The position numbers and the translations under genes are program-made. This document shows, piece after piece, positions 1-15,500 of a stretch of 64,000 nucleotides of DNA. This stretch comes from Octopus sinensis (taxonomy: Eukaryota): assembly GCF_006345805.1 (NCBI RefSeq), contig NC_042999.1, forward strand, positions 101,370,001-101,434,000, read 5' to 3'. Under the pieces are notes generated by a model. That model searched no databases. It was given only the letters and a program-made list of their open reading frames with translations, and was not told where the DNA came from. Position 1 is the stretch's first letter. Each line of letters begins with the position of its first letter.

Positions 1-374
1 CCAGGTTTTATTCAGTTTGAAAATCAGAAAAGGAAAGCATCTCCTCCCTTTCCCTCATCATCCCTATCAAATCTGTGCATTTGTTTGTTGATATCTATGT
101 CTTTTTTTTTTCGCCTTTTTGTTTCACATGCTAGAAAATATATAAAATTGAGAGTTGTTTTACAGACAGATGCCTTCCTTGACATCAACTCTTACCTGTT
201 TTTCAAGTAAGGGATCTCTTATTCAAAAATTCTTCAAAAATGCATAGACAGCAAATGATTTGTTGACAAGGAAATAAATGACAACTAGCTCAGCACTTAT
301 TCATGCAAAGTGTGCAAAATGTAACATTTGCATTGACACAAACACACACACACACATGTACATCCATACATACA

Positions 375-540
375 TACATTAATTGGTTTCACAGTTTTCA
401 TCTACTAAATGTACTCATAAGGTATTGGTTGACCCAGGGTTGCAGTAGAAGATACTTGCTCAAGGTGCCATGCAGTGGAACTGAACTTGAAAACACATGG
501 TTGAGAAGCAAACTCTTTAACCACTCAGCCATGCCTATGC
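375..540 (-). mobile_element. tRNA-derived SINE family A, 5' part
   Basis: Similar to the fuller copies at 15105-15500 and 55655-56045. Confidence 0.65.
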
Positions 541-959
541 CCATAAATTACAAAAAGGTCTACAATAAAAAAACATAGTTTGTGGAAGATTTTACAAGAC
601 AAAATAGTTCAAGGAAGAACTAACTAAACTTTGAGTATTTTGTCTGGTAGAAATTATTCCTCCTAAGAATAGTAAAAAAAATATTATCAGATGGAATATG
701 GGATGTTTTATCACAAGAATTGTGGAATAATAAGAAAGTAATGTTTGAGTTTTGCTAGCTTCCAATAACTTTCCTACGTCTCTATTACTGAAGGTTACTG
801 TTGCTGTTTAGCTTTAAATCAGTCCTGAGAGAACAGGCTATGATGAAATACATTCCAAACATGATCATGTGGTCATCTGTTTTCATTTATAATGTATCTA
901 GGTAAATATTATCAAATGTGCCATTTCTTTCTTTTGAGTCGCGTGTTATGAGGGAGAAT

Positions 960-1700
960 TTGAATTCTATCTTAAGTAGAGTGAGTGGCTACATAGATCC
1001 TTATTGGCTCTATGAGTACCATGCAAGTCTTTTGGTTAGAACTGATGAGATGCAGTTGATGTGACACATGTCAAAGAAAGTCTCCAACTGATTCATTTCA
1101 GCAGAAAAGTATGTGACACACAAGAGAAACAAAAGGAGGAAAGAGGGATGAAATGAGTAAGTTGGATGGAAGTAACCAAGCTCTAAGTTGTACAAGAGCC
1201 AATACAGTGAAAAGCGGGAAAGCATCATCAACACATGCTGCAACAAAGAGAGCTCACTAGAAGCTTCCAATCCATATTGTTAAGCAGAGAGCTATAATAC
1301 ACTAGAGAGAGTTGACAGTTTTGTTTAGGTCAAGAGCAACAAGTTTGTTCTCAACAAAATTCTCAAAACAAGATATCATTAGTGTGTCATATAGGAAAGA
1401 TTTCCAGTCAATTTATTGCCGCAGCAAACCTACAAGGAATAAAGGAGAAAAAACATTTATAACCATTTCTATGACTTTATATGGTATAGGAAAGACAGCA
1501 TGGTGTAGGAAACAGAACTCTATTAAGCAGAGAGAGAAGATATGGGATACTGCTGTATATGTGTAAAGTAAGGGTCCAGGTAGGGGATCAGCTAGGGAGC
1601 ACACTGTTTAAGAGCAATGGCTGGGATGCAATCTGGATTATCTTGTTCGATTTAATTGACCAGGATAGTCTGCATTACTCACGTAGCTGTCTTCAATGGG
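960..1700 (-). mobile_element. Highly degenerate CR1/Jockey-type LINE RT fragment
   Basis: Minus strand reads PDCIPAIALKQCAP*L (cf. GPDGIPAIVLKKCAPEL) and VALDLNKTVN (cf. VALDISKAFD), with many stops and frameshifts. Confidence 0.55.
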
Positions 1701-2260
1701 AATGAAATATATTTGTTGGCAAAACATCAGCATGGAATTGGCAGAGCTTAGATCAATTAACCAATTTGAAATAACAGGGAATTTGTGAAATAGGGAATGT
1801 GTACTATAATGAGGCAGAATGAGATGTGGTGATTAAGCAGTCATCAGATGAAACTATGGATACTGAACGTGATATTTTAAAATAACTAATAACACTGACA
1901 GAGAATTTAGTCACTCAAATTATACATAAATAGCATGAAAATTCCTATAAGTGGGTAAGTATTTGTATTTGTTGTTTTATCTCAGTGTAAGTCTGACAGG
2001 GCATACCTTTGATGAAGAATATTCTCACTATTCCCATCCTATCTTTGAGAAGAAAGAAATTATTTCAAATGCGAGATTTAGTTTCAATGCTTGTAGATAC
2101 TGCATGGAGTTTTTTAATGTCCTGGTAGAACTTGTAAATATTTGTGACAAATATATGATTCTATCGAGAGAAGTGGTCAGTTTTTTTCTAAATGTATTAT
2201 CCAACATTCCTTTCCCAAGCATGGTTATAATTTTTCTTCCCCTTCCAGGATCTCTTCAGT

Positions 2261-2308
<48 letters not shown>

Positions 2309-3059
2309 TGTGTGTGTGTGTGTGAGTGTGTGTATTGCAATAAAACTACAATAAATTTATAATACAGATGCATAAACATTTGCAAGTATATCTGCATAAA
2401 CATTTGCAGATATATCTGCATATATACCTATATCTACACACACATAAACAGACATTTAACAAAACTGATGGTTCTCTCCATCACAAAGAGATTTATTTCT
2501 TTGTTGAAGAAAGAACATAAATGTAAAAATCTCACAGTAGCGACAGAATGAATCATCACTTTGAAAAAAGATATATACACACACACACAGTGACACTTAA
2601 TTACCAAAATTTTTCAACAATAAAATATTTTCAACCAAAATTTTTCAACAATAAAATATTTCCTGGGCATTCAGCAACATCTTTTTATTCAAAGTAGTTC
2701 CTTAAAGGAAGAATATAAGTATTTACAATTCAAAAATAAATGCTATTTTTCTCTCTTTAAGCAAAACAATGTGATGATGTTATCAGCTGGACTAAAATGA
2801 TAATGAAAGAGTTTTTATTAATACAAATGTTTATCAATTTACAACCAAAGAACAAAGAATTGTCTTCACATCACTGCTTATATTCAATTATTATATATAT
2901 ATATTCTAGATATATCCCAAGTTCTAGTTGATAACATTTTTATAACTCCTTAAATAGAAGCTGTAGAAACATTACTATTCATCTGATATGATAAATATAA
3001 ACACACACACACACATAAGCTGGTGCAGATATACATACATGAATAATGTACATATACAT

Positions 3060-3530
3060 TAGTTTCAAATTTTGGCACAAGGCCAGCAATTTCAGAGGAA
3101 GAGTAAGTTGATTACATTGACATCAGTGCTCAACTGGTACTTATTTTATTGACCCTGAGAGGATGAAAAGCAAAGCTGACCTTCGCAGAATTTGAACTCA
3201 GAATGTAAAGATGTGCAAAATGCCACAAAATATTTTGCCTGGTTTGCTAACGATTCTGTCAGCTTGCCGTCTTAATGTACATATATATAAAAACAAACCT
3301 TCCAATTTTATCATGTACTGTATATAAAGATGGCAAGCTAGCAGAATCTGCAGAGCAGCAGAGAAAATACTTCGCATTATTTGTTTTGGCTCTTTATGTT
3401 TTGAGTTCAATTGCTACAGGGCTCAACTTTGCCATCCTTTCAGGGTCAATAAAAGAAAGTACCATTGAAGTAGTGGATGAATAGTATTGACCAACAAAAT
3501 TGCAAGCCTTGAATTGAAATCAGAAACCAT
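3060..3530. mobile_element. Two SINE family B copies in opposite orientation (3060-3290 minus, 3310-3530 plus)
   Basis: Core ...gagttcaaatt...gtcgactttgcctttcatcctttcggggtcgataaa... (Deu/Nin-like core), CpG-decayed relative to 51395-51985. Confidence 0.65.
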
Positions 3531-5379
3531 TGTTTATTTTGTGTGGGTGTGTATGCGTTTTCCTTTTCTTTTATGGCAGACTCTGTGGGAGATTTGGAGA
3601 GAAAAATTTCAGATATGAAAGCCAAGCCTGGAATTGAAGGTCTCTGAACTAAACTTGGCCTAGACTAAAATATTAAGGTGAATATAAAAGAGCTCTGATG
3701 TTATCAGGGGAATGGTCATGCTCAGTATGCAGTAAAGGAGTAAACAGAAACTCCATGCAGTGTACTCAGATTAAACAATGGAAACACAAGATGTGCAGTG
3801 GATCACAGATAGAATAACTGCAAAGGCAACCTTTGGAATACTTCATTAACAGGAATATGACTATGCGTGTACATACACAGTGATGAGGAAGATAACAAAG
3901 ATGATGACTAGTCCACTTGGTTTCAAGATTAGCCAATATGATTTTGAACAATAGCATAGGATCATAGCTACTCAAGCCAGCAAAACTTTCTATATACTCT
4001 ATAAGCAATTGACTGCAGATGACCAGATATATCAAAAGCCATCTCAGAGCCAAGTACCGATCAGTTTCCTTTGGAGATGGTAATTTAGGCCAGTAGGTAA
4101 ATCTGTCTGCAATCAAAGTAAGTAAATGAATTCCAATTAAAAGAGATACTTCAACTACAACCTCAGGCTGATCAATACCTTCTAAGTGGAATTGGTAATG
4201 GAAACTGAGAATCACATCATAAATATATATGTGATTGTACATGTATGATTTTGTGTGCATGTGTGTGAAGCTGTTCCACATGTTCTTATTGACACCATCT
4301 GAAGGAAACAAAGTTTTTGTTTACCTTCTGTGGCTGTAGTAAACAAAGTCCTGTAGTCTCAACTTCCAACAGATGAGAACCAGCAAAATGAAAAATAATA
4401 CATGCCTTGCTTGGAAAACAGGTACTTAACAAAAGAAAATATGCCTCAACAAATATTGTTTAACACTTGTCAACATGGAAAAGCAGATGTAAAACCAAAT
4501 GAATGAATTTCATAGATGTTTATATAAAATCCATTCCAGTCACCATTTCAAAATTTTTAACTTTCAACAAAAAAGTCCAAAATACTAAGAAGCTAAATTT
4601 GAAGTTTTGATCTATCCAGTTCATTGTTGTTAACTTAAATTCTGCAAAGGTCAACACTGACTTTCATCCTACATTACAAATACCCATAGCCTACAATATT
4701 TTCTCTCTCTCCTTTTTTTTTTACCTAAATAGCTTCAAGAAATGCAAAAGGGCAGTACCCATGAGTTTTGGATGGACTCCAAGACTTGCAGGAGAAAATA
4801 AGATGAAAACCATAAATCATGAGTTGCTATAGTACAAAGCTGTGCTCAAGATGCTAAATTATCCTCAAACCAAAGATCTGGTCCCAAACACTTGCAACAG
4901 AATGGACTTTGCAAAATTCACCCAAGGGCTAGGTGGTGGTTTTAAAATGAGTGATGGATTAAATCTACCAACCAAGACAATTCATCTGATGGTTTTCAGC
5001 AGAACTTCTGTTAATCTAATTTCACATACTTTGCCAAAGATGTACAGTAAGTCAAATCCAGAACTATTTGATGCAAAGCAAATGTCTTAAACATATGGCC
5101 AAGCATACATCCTCCCCTTCACACAAACTGCCCTTCAATTTGATCAAAAGAAATCAATAATTATTTTATTTCTAATCTAACTATGCTAGTGAATAAAAGA
5201 CTGGTACTTTAAAATATTGTAGAACTAACTTAAAGAAAGAAATGTTAAGTCACATTTCCATTTAGCTAATTTGACTAAATCCAGCTCAAATAAAAATACA
5301 ATTATAAAATAATAAATAATAAAATACAATTTTAAAGTTAAATGAACACCCAACAGTACTTCACATTATTAAATATTCT

Positions 5380-5545
5380 TTTCTACTCTAGGCACAAGAC
5401 CTGAAATTTTGGGGGAAGTGGGGGCGCAGTCGATTAGATTGACACCAATACGCAACTGGTACTTAATTTATCAATCCTGAAAGGATGAAAGGCAAAGTCA
5501 ACCTTGGCCAAATTTGAACTCAAAATGTAAAAACAGAACGTAACT
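5380..5545 (-). mobile_element. SINE family B
   Basis: Matches 51395-51545, including the tail tattcttttctactctaggcacaag. Confidence 0.7.
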
Positions 5546-6876
5546 GACACCATTGAATACTTGTGTGTGTGTGTGAATATGCTACTGGCTATGTAAAAGT
5601 AGTGCCAAAATAGTATAACTTTCAATAAAAAATTAAGAAACCAATAAAATGTTAAAGAAAGAAGGAACCTAGAATTCAAAGCAACAGAAGCTAATTACTG
5701 AAACATAATAACAGAGGTTTTGATATAAAACAGCCCCAGGAATACATCAATGATTTTGACATTTATCAAAGTATAGGAATGGATCACTGCAACAGTACAA
5801 CTAAAGCTACTAAAAATAAAAAATGAAAACATTAAACAACTTCATAGTCATAACTGAAACCTTGGTAACCATTTCAGTAATAATATTAACAGAAGGACCT
5901 CTTTCCACTAATTAAAACACACTTGATGTTTATTGCATACTCAATTATACAAAAGACAGCTGAAAAAGAGCAATGCCTAATGAGTTAAAATACTGTCTAG
6001 CCTCATTCAAGTTCATTGGGTTTTCAACTATACAAAAGACAGCTGCAAAAGAGCAATGCCTAAAGAATTATAATACTCTCTTGCCTGATGAAGTACATAT
6101 TTTTCACACCAATTAATTTACAATCTTGTACAATTACTTAATAGGTTTCTCATCACTATTTCATCAGTACTTCATTGACGAAGTCATAATAATACTAAAG
6201 CATATCCAGAGTTGTCTCCTATTCTTTCTAAAATAATTATAAAAATTTTAGTAGCTGCCTAATATTGTTTTTTTCTCTTCATATAAATATTTGTAGCTTG
6301 CTTTTTAATGTTCCTTGAATTAAATTTGTTAATACTAACTTAACTACAGTTTGTCTGTAGATTGGGGTAGATTCATTGCATACACACTAAAATAACTGCA
6401 ATATGCAGTATGGTATCAAACTGGACAACATGATGTATTCTTGCTAAAGTCACATTCCATCAAGCATTCAATAGACAACAACTATATTGTACAATTGCTC
6501 AAATAGAACTATAAGTAACAGTAATAAATTTTGTATGAATACATTATCAGAAAAGTGCATCACTTAAAGTAAATATATGAAAATAATAGTTCAATAATGT
6601 TTTTTTACTAACATTATCTCAATAAATCAAAAATAACAAAGATAGTTTAAACAGGCTTTTATACTTTGGCTTTGTTACAAAATAAACATTGTGAATAGTT
6701 CCATAAATGTTCCATAATATTATCAACACAAAAATGCATAAACACACAAGCTTACAAGGCATGCATATATAATCACAAACACATATCATCTTTCATACAT
6801 ATGTACATACATCATACATATGTACATACATCATACATACATACATACATACAAATTTGAGACCAAATTTGAGAGA

Positions 6877-6913
<37 letters not shown>

Positions 6914-7599
6914 GAACGACAGAAAGAGACAAACAGACAGACAAATAGTAAGAGATTACTTTTTGTCTTCTATGTCTTTAAAACACTTTTTTTCTTTTTA
7001 GCTTTGCATTGAGCAACAGAATTCAATAGTTTAAATAATTTGCTGAGGTAAACTCTACATAAATGTTACAGTGATTTTTTTTTTAATTTCCAGTGTCTGT
7101 TCATTTACCTGCTAGACAACTACACAGTTTTATGCACAAGCCAACAAGCAAGTGTCTATATGGTTGCAAGGAAGTTACAAATAGAAGCCAAATCTTCAAA
7201 TCATATTTTGCTATTTCAAATAAAGAAGTATACATTATACAATATCAGCTCTAACACAGAAAAAGGAGTAGTTACAGCTAAAACATGTTTATACAAAAGC
7301 ATCTAAAATTAAAAAATTTCACAAGAAAAAAATTATAAACATAGGACTGGAGATAAAGAATAGTAAGTGATTAGTTGTTGATATGGTCATAGTTGGTTAG
7401 CACCAAGCTAGCTAAAATTCAGCAGACTCATGATTAAATACATTCCAATATAGTTTGAGGGAGATTTGGTTAACATTTTTAACAGGCTGATCAACTGTGT
7501 ATTAACTCACTTGTCACCTCAAGTGACTAACTGGCAGATAAAGTGGAAGAAACTCCAAACATAAAATATTTGAAGAAGAATATCAAAACATGAAGATAT

Positions 7600-7770
7600 C
7601 TAAAGTTGGAAAGCTAGTAGAATGTCTTGTGGTATTTCTCCCAGCTATTTATGTTCTGAGCTAAAATCCTGCTATGATCAACTTTGCCTTTCATCACTGA
7701 ATACTAGAATCATCGGTGTTGACTAACTCTCCTCCCTCTAATTTCAGGCATTGTGCCTATATTAGAAGGA
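7600..7770 (+). mobile_element. SINE family B, degenerate
   Basis: ...caactttgcctttcatc... core and caggcattgtgcctatattagaa tail. Confidence 0.55.
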
Positions 7771-8418
7771 AAATAAAAATATTAAGCCATCTAATATAAA
7801 AAAGAAATATTCATATTAAAATATGAAATAGTTTTTTATAAATCTAATTTTAAAATTTTCTTGACATTTTAATTTAAAAATTAATAACATTTTCATAGTT
7901 GTTGCTGTATTAATTTTTCCAGAAGACTTTCCCTAAATTTTCAATTTTGTTGTCATTCGATGGATTACTGTTCTTCAATTTCACTTAATCCCAATGCTGT
8001 ATAAAAGATTGGCTGTGCTTAACAAATTGCATGCTTACAACATCTGTTTCCCCAAAAGACAATTATTTCAACCAGAAAAATCCCAAATGTGTTTTGTCAA
8101 TTTACGCATTTTGATACCAATAAGGTGACAACAGCTTTAAATTCCGTGAACTCCATTCTTTACATCTAGTAATCACCACAGCAATTCACCATGAACTTTG
8201 CCAACATTATCATGTGTCTGTTTGTGTATAAGTGTGTGCATGTACATGTGTGTGTACACACATGCCATAAAATATTGCCTCAAAAAGGCCCCATCCAACC
8301 CAGGCTAGCAGGGAAAATTAAACTTTAAAATTGTGTGTGTATGTAGAGAAAGAGAGAGGGGGTGATACAAAGAGAAAGAGAAAGAGACAGACAGACAGAC
8401 AAGCATACAACTAGATAC

Positions 8419-8601
8419 ATAGGTGCAGGCATGGCAACATTGGTTAAAAGTTCATTTCACAACTACAAAGTTTCAGGCTCAGTCCTACAGCATGGTACCT
8501 TGGAGAAGTATTTTGTACTATAGCTCCAGGCCAACCATTTCCTTGTGAATGTGGCAGACAGAAACTGTGCAGAAGCCTGATATGTATATGTGTGTATATA
8601 T

Positions 8602-8639
<38 letters not shown>

Positions 8640-8735
8640 TTAGCGTCTGCTTTCCATGCTAGCATGGGTTGGATGGTTCAACTGGGGTCTGGGAAGCCAG
8701 AAGGCTGCACCAGGCCCAGTCTGATCTGGCAATGT

Positions 8736-8780
<45 letters not shown>

Positions 8781-8883
8781 TATACATATCAGGCTTTTGC
8801 ACAGTTTCTGTCTGCTACATTCACAAGGAAATGGTTGGCTTGGAGCTATAGTACAAAATACTTCTCCAAGGTACCATGGTGTA
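8419..8883. mobile_element. SINE A copy with a local inverted duplicate, enclosing a SINE C 3' end and (CAT)n/(TA)n
   Basis: 8486-8603 is the reverse complement of about 8765-8883; 8604-8740 is the (CAT)n-tttagcgtctgctttccatgctagcatggg SINE C tail. Confidence 0.7.
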
Positions 8884-8898
8884 TATATATATATATAT

Positions 8899-9180
8899 AT
8901 ACAAGGTCTGATCAATAAGTATCCGGATTGTTGCCATGATAACGAAGCTAAAGTACACAGAGTGAAGTTGCTTTGCTGATTGACCTTGAACTCTGCTGTG
9001 CATGCACACTTTGGCTGTTTACAAAAGTGCTTAGAAGGAAGGTAAGGTAGAGTGTGATCATCACATTGACCATGACAGAGAAAGTTGTCATAGCAATACC
9101 TGCTCAGAGGCCTATGCAAAGTTTTCGAAACGATTTCATCTTTCTCGACACAATCAAGGAGATCTTGTGCAACTAAAACT
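8899..9180 (+). mobile_element. Internally deleted mariner remnant
   Basis: Begins tacaaggtctgatcaataagtatccggatt (mariner-like TIR after TA); residual transposase N-terminus MTEKV...TCSEAYAK. Confidence 0.55.
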
Positions 9181-10895
9181 TGAGTGTCTTGCTGGTCAGT
9201 TGAAAGCAGTTTGGCACAAACTTGGCAGACCTGCAAGCTTCCTAACCACACAGCCATGCCTGTGCCTTCAAAATGTACCAAAACAGACACAGAAATCTGG
9301 TACAGTCTCCTGCCTGGCCAGCACCTTTCAAACTATCCAACCCATACCAGCATGGAAAGCAGATGTTAAATGATGATGATGATGATGAAGGCTATTAACA
9401 TGGGTTCCAAAACCCATTGGTTCTTATTACATTTCTAAAGTTTGTTTTGTTTTTCTTTATATAGTATATCCAGGGTAAATCAGCCTGATAGAGCCCATTA
9501 AACTATACTCTCAGGAAAATTTGAATAGCACTTCAAAGCTAAAGCAATGCTTAACAATTTTGCATTGTTCCCATGAATAATGATACTGGACTATACCGCT
9601 CAATAGTACATATTTAAGTTAGTAAACCGGGCTGGTTAGTAAACTAGGCTGCTATGTTTACAATCATAGCATAACATCAGTGCTTTGGTACAGGATGTCA
9701 ATTCTGAAAGCTAATTCAGAACCTTTCCAAATCAACTAAGTGCACAGAAAAAGGGACAGACAGACAGACAAACAGTGTGTACGTGTGTGTGTGTGATGAA
9801 TATGTTTGTGTGATTGTGTTAGTATGTTTAAGTGGACAAAAGAAAAAATAGGCAATATTAAATTGCAGCAAGCAACACAATTGTTTTCAGTTGTATAAGG
9901 ATTAGTTTTAATACTGAATCCTACTATAATTTTTAATGACAATGTGTCTAAATTCTAATGAGTTGGGAAAGTGCTGCTGGGATTTAAATGTATCCGATAT
10001 AGTTCAGGTGGCATGATCATTTAATGAGAAAGGATAATGTGAGCTGGATGAAATGAATCATCATAGACAGATGTTGGCCAGACCAAAAATAATAAATAAA
10101 AACAAAGCCCGGAATTAGATGTCTTAGCTGACTAATAAAAGTGAAGTAAACATATACAAAAAGAAAAGTAAGATTATACTTTAAAAAAGAAACAAAATTA
10201 TTAATGAGAAAAATGTATGTGAAAATATATTGTATAAGAAAAAAACAGAAACTATCAAAAACATAAACGAAAATAAAATTTTAATTAACTGAATTTTCAA
10301 AAAATTATGAACGCTATGTTTTTCACAGCTATTCTACATTTTTTAGTCAATAGAAATTATAATATATTGCAAAGAGTTGAGAAATAAAGAAGCAAACACT
10401 ATAAAATTAACTGAATAGAGAAATTTGATTAATAACTACTGCAATCATTAATTACATAATGACAACACTATTTTAATTTATCTATAGATTCTTTCAGTTC
10501 TTGATAAGAGGTTTGCTATAATCTTAAATTTATTCTTATGTACTTGTTACATGGAGATTGATCTTTGCAATGTGTGTGTGTGTGCGCGCACGCGTATGTG
10601 TTGTGTGTGAATGCACATATGTGTGTGTGTGAATGCACACATGTGTGTGTGTGAATGCGCGCATGTGTGTGCGCATATAAATTTATACATATTATATATA
10701 TATCAAAAAATGAGGGTAGAAATTGATATCAATCAACTAACATCAATTTAAACCAGTGGTCTAGCATATTCATAACAAATCTGAAGATTTAAAAATTATA
10801 TTACAATTAATAAGGAGAATGACCACTTCCTATATGCTATATAGCATATAGGAATCCACTTTAGCAGTCATTTCTTTTATTAATTGTTATATATA

Positions 10896-10956
<61 letters not shown>

Positions 10957-11869
10957 ATATATCATCATCATCATTTAGCAAACACTTATCCATGCTTACT
11001 ATTAAAGCAAATTTTCTATAGTTGGATGCCCTTCATTTTTCCAACCCTCACTTGTTTTCAAGTAAGGTAATATTTTTCCACAGTTGGATATATGTTTCAT
11101 GGAGTGCAAAGAAGTTTAGAGGGGAATTTCAAACAGATCCACCTATGTAACTTACCATCACTCAAATTAGATATATTTGAAGCAGATTGAACAGTTCAGA
11201 TTGTCTTCAAGAAGTGTTCTGGAAGACTGAAAACACTGACAAGCACCACAAAGTAATTAAGAGTATTAAATGGGTACAGCAAATGCATAGAAGATGCACA
11301 CTTTCTAACAAAGACTGTTTTTAGTTGTGAGGCAGCATTAAAATAAATGTTTCAATTATTCACACACATTTATCCCAAATGAGGAGCCAAAAAACCCTAA
11401 ATCACAGCATTTAACAAATTTCTACCTCCTTCCTTTCTTGGTAAGTAGAACTTGCTATTAGGGTGGTGTGCATTATGCACAGTGAGCAGCTTCATAGTTC
11501 TTCTGTCCTGTTCCTGTAGCTGTCTTTCTCCACCTTAAAGAAGCAGAATATCTCAACAACGGCATGATCCATGTATTAACTGCCTTGCTGACATTAAATC
11601 CAATTAGTTTTGTTCCAAGCATCTTCCTAACCTCTCCTTTGTAGTCTTTGATGACTTTTGTTCACATTCCTCTACCATACTGGGGCACCACCTTGAAGAA
11701 TTCTTAGTCAAATGAATCGACCCCAGTCCTTACGTTTTTTTTAAGCCAGGTATTTATTTTATTTGTCTCTTTTGCTGGACTACTAAGTTAGGGGAACATA
11801 AACACACCAACACCGGTTGTCAAGCAGTGGTGAGAGACAAACGCAGACACAAAGACACACATATAGATA

Positions 11870-12572
<703 letters not shown>

Positions 12573-12579
12573 ATGAGCT

Positions 12580-12730
12580 GCTTTCAATTTCCGTCTACTA
12601 GATCCACTCACATGCCATTGGTTGGTCTGAGGCTATAGTAGAAGACACTTTCCTAAGGTACCACACTGTGGGACTAAACCCAGAAGCATGTGGTTGGGAA
12701 GCAAGCTTCTTACCACACAGCCATGCCTGC
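12580..12730 (-). mobile_element. SINE family A, 5' half
   Basis: ctttcaatttccgtctact...aagcaagcttcttaccacacagccatgcctgc. Confidence 0.75.
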
Positions 12731-13375
12731 TTCATACTTAATTTAAACTGCACATTTATTCACCTCAAACTATAATAATGACCTTACTAAACATTTTTTT
12801 TACTTTTTAGACAAGGGAAACCAGGTTGTTTTTTGGAATGCAGCTTGAACTCATCCATATAAAACAGATGATTTATTTTCACCCTGATTTTATCAAGCTC
12901 ATAGACAACTCCAGATTTTCTCTATGCTTGTTAGAGAAATCAATGCAATCAAAAGTGGTGGAGAGTGAATCTCTAAAATATTCCTCTCCAAATGTTCAAA
13001 TTTTCTTATGATTCATTTCCACACTGAAGTCTTTTTTCCCATGATTGCATCACTTTTTTAAAAACTGTTAATCTTCTCATTGACTCTAAAGTGTTGTCAG
13101 GCACTCCAAAAGTCAATAACATTGTACATTATTGCATACTTTCTTGTAGGCTATCCAACGACTAATTTCTTTCCTTACTTGTACTTCTGTTAGTATCATT
13201 TTATTGATAAACAATAGATCAGAAGAGTTCCCCCTTTAATTTCTTTCTGCATCCCATTTGCTCCTCTGGTAAGAAATTCTCTTACTTCTTAAAAAAGCTA
13301 TATAATTCATCTGAAAAGAAGTCAGTTACAAATTTCCAAAGCACTGGTTGTAATAAACCTAAAATTATTGACTTA

Positions 13376-13413
<38 letters not shown>

Positions 13414-15104
13414 CTTTTTCTTCTGTATTAACACTGTCCTTATGGTCATTCATGTCAGTGTTTCATTTTCCACACAGTCAAGTAAGAAACATTTGTAGAC
13501 AACAGTGCATACATATGAATTTTTTAACCTAGCTTTCCAATATGCTTTCTTTTTAAGCATCTTTTTCCACTTTCTCTTTTGTATTTTCCATTTCATTTTT
13601 AAACTGCCATAAACAGTCCACTTCACTATTGTACTGAACCTCTTTGTACTGAATATTTGACCAAAAGTCCCTCGCAGCTTCAGCATTTGATATATCTATC
13701 TTATTGTTTTCCCAGCCACATGGCTTTTTGTTCAGTCACACTATGGGACACCACTTGGGCAAGTGTCTTCTACTATAGACTATGGCCAATCAAAGTCTTG
13801 TGAGTAAATTTGACCAATGTGAGCTGAAAGAAGCCAGACATGTTATGTATTTGTATATGCATGTGTGTGTGTGTGTGTGCATTTGCGTGCACCTTGAAAT
13901 GGCATAATAGTTATAAGGAAGTGTCACTGTCATACAAACACTGTCATTTGTTTCCAGTCTTTTGTGAAAACATATCCAAGCAAGGGAAAATGTAACCTTA
14001 CTTGAAAACAAGTGAGGATTGGCAACAGGAAGGGAATCTAGACAGAAATCTGCTTTAACAAATTTTATTTGACCCATGCAAGCAAGGAAAAAGTGAACAT
14101 TAAAACAAAGATGATATTTCTAAATAGCCAGTTCTGTTGATACTGATTTATTCTCTCTTGGTTTATTTTTTCTTTACACTCAACTTAGTCTTAATTTGTC
14201 TTATCACTTCCTTAGCTACCCATAATCCTCTATGCCTGATATAATACTTCCTTTGGAGTTCATTCCTTTGTCTTTACTTCATCATCTTTTTTTCAATTAA
14301 ATCATTTATCCTTCAAAGATCTCTATTGAGCTGTTCAACTTGATTCTCAAATCTTCACTTCTACCATAGGTCTTTATCCCATTTTTTTCTGATTATTATT
14401 ATTATTATCACCATCATCATCCTGTCTAATTAAAATTTAAATAATCATCCTCATTGTTTTAATGTTCAGATAAAGGTATTTTTCTCACCATGATTCAGAT
14501 TAATAATGAACATTGTTAGTGCTAAAAAAAATTTAAATCATTAAATCTAACTTTAAAAAAATGTTATATAATCATCATTGTCATTTTAATATCCATTTTA
14601 ATGTTCAAGTATAAAAAAAATTGTTATGATTCTTAAAGAACTTGACCCCTGCTCTACATATTTCCTTTACTGATGTTGTATAACTTGACATTCTTATCAT
14701 CAACCACACAGATTGGATGGCAGTATTTTGAGAGAAGTTGGGGTAATGATACAAAAGCAGATGTCTTGGCCTCTCTACCTCACATCAGTTTCATTATGAA
14801 TGACCTTTTGTCCAAGACAAACTTGAACAGTGACAAAATAAAATGCCATATGACTAAATGACAGTAAATGACATTTAAAAATAATGTAGAAAATGTGAAA
14901 GAGACAAAAACTGTAGAAATGCAATAGTAAGTGGCATATTCACATTTGAATTCTAATTGTGAGCCAGGATGGACTTCTTTTTTAACCAACCCATCAAAGG
15001 CTACCCCTGGTTCTATGATATAAACTCCATGGTAATATAAATATCATCTTATTTAAAACTTTCCAACAAAATTTTGTTTCAAATACCAGCTTAATAATGG
15101 GTAA

Positions 15105-15261
15105 AGTTGTGACTGTGTGGTAAGAAGCTTGCTTCCCAACCACATGATATCGGGTTCAGACCCACTGCATGGCAGCTTGGGCAAGTGTTTTTTACTATAA
15201 CCTCAGGCTGACCACAGCCTTGTAAGTGGATTTGGTAGATGGAAACTGAAAGAAGCCCATC

Positions 15262-15298
<37 letters not shown>

Positions 15299-15500
15299 AT
15301 GTATGTATATTTATGTGTGTGTGTCTTTGTCTGTCCCCCACCCCCACCATCGCTTGGCAACCGATGTTGGTATGTTTACTTAACAGTTGGCAAAAGAGAT
15401 TGATAGAATAAGTACTAAGCTTACAAAGAATAAGTCCTCTTCAACTAAAGGCAGTGCTCCAGCATGGCCATGGTCAAATGACTGAAACAAATAAAATAGC
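15105..15500 (+). mobile_element. Full-length SINE family A with internal (TA)n/(TG)n
   Basis: tRNA-like head (gtggtaagaagcttgc...gggttcagacccactgc), ggtagatggaaactgaaagaagcc core, atgactgaaacaa tail. Confidence 0.8.

Noticed and set aside
3766-4311. 181-aa minus-strand ORF
   Set aside because: It spans a SINE fragment and what appears to be a decayed LINE C-terminus; no host protein motif and no splice context.
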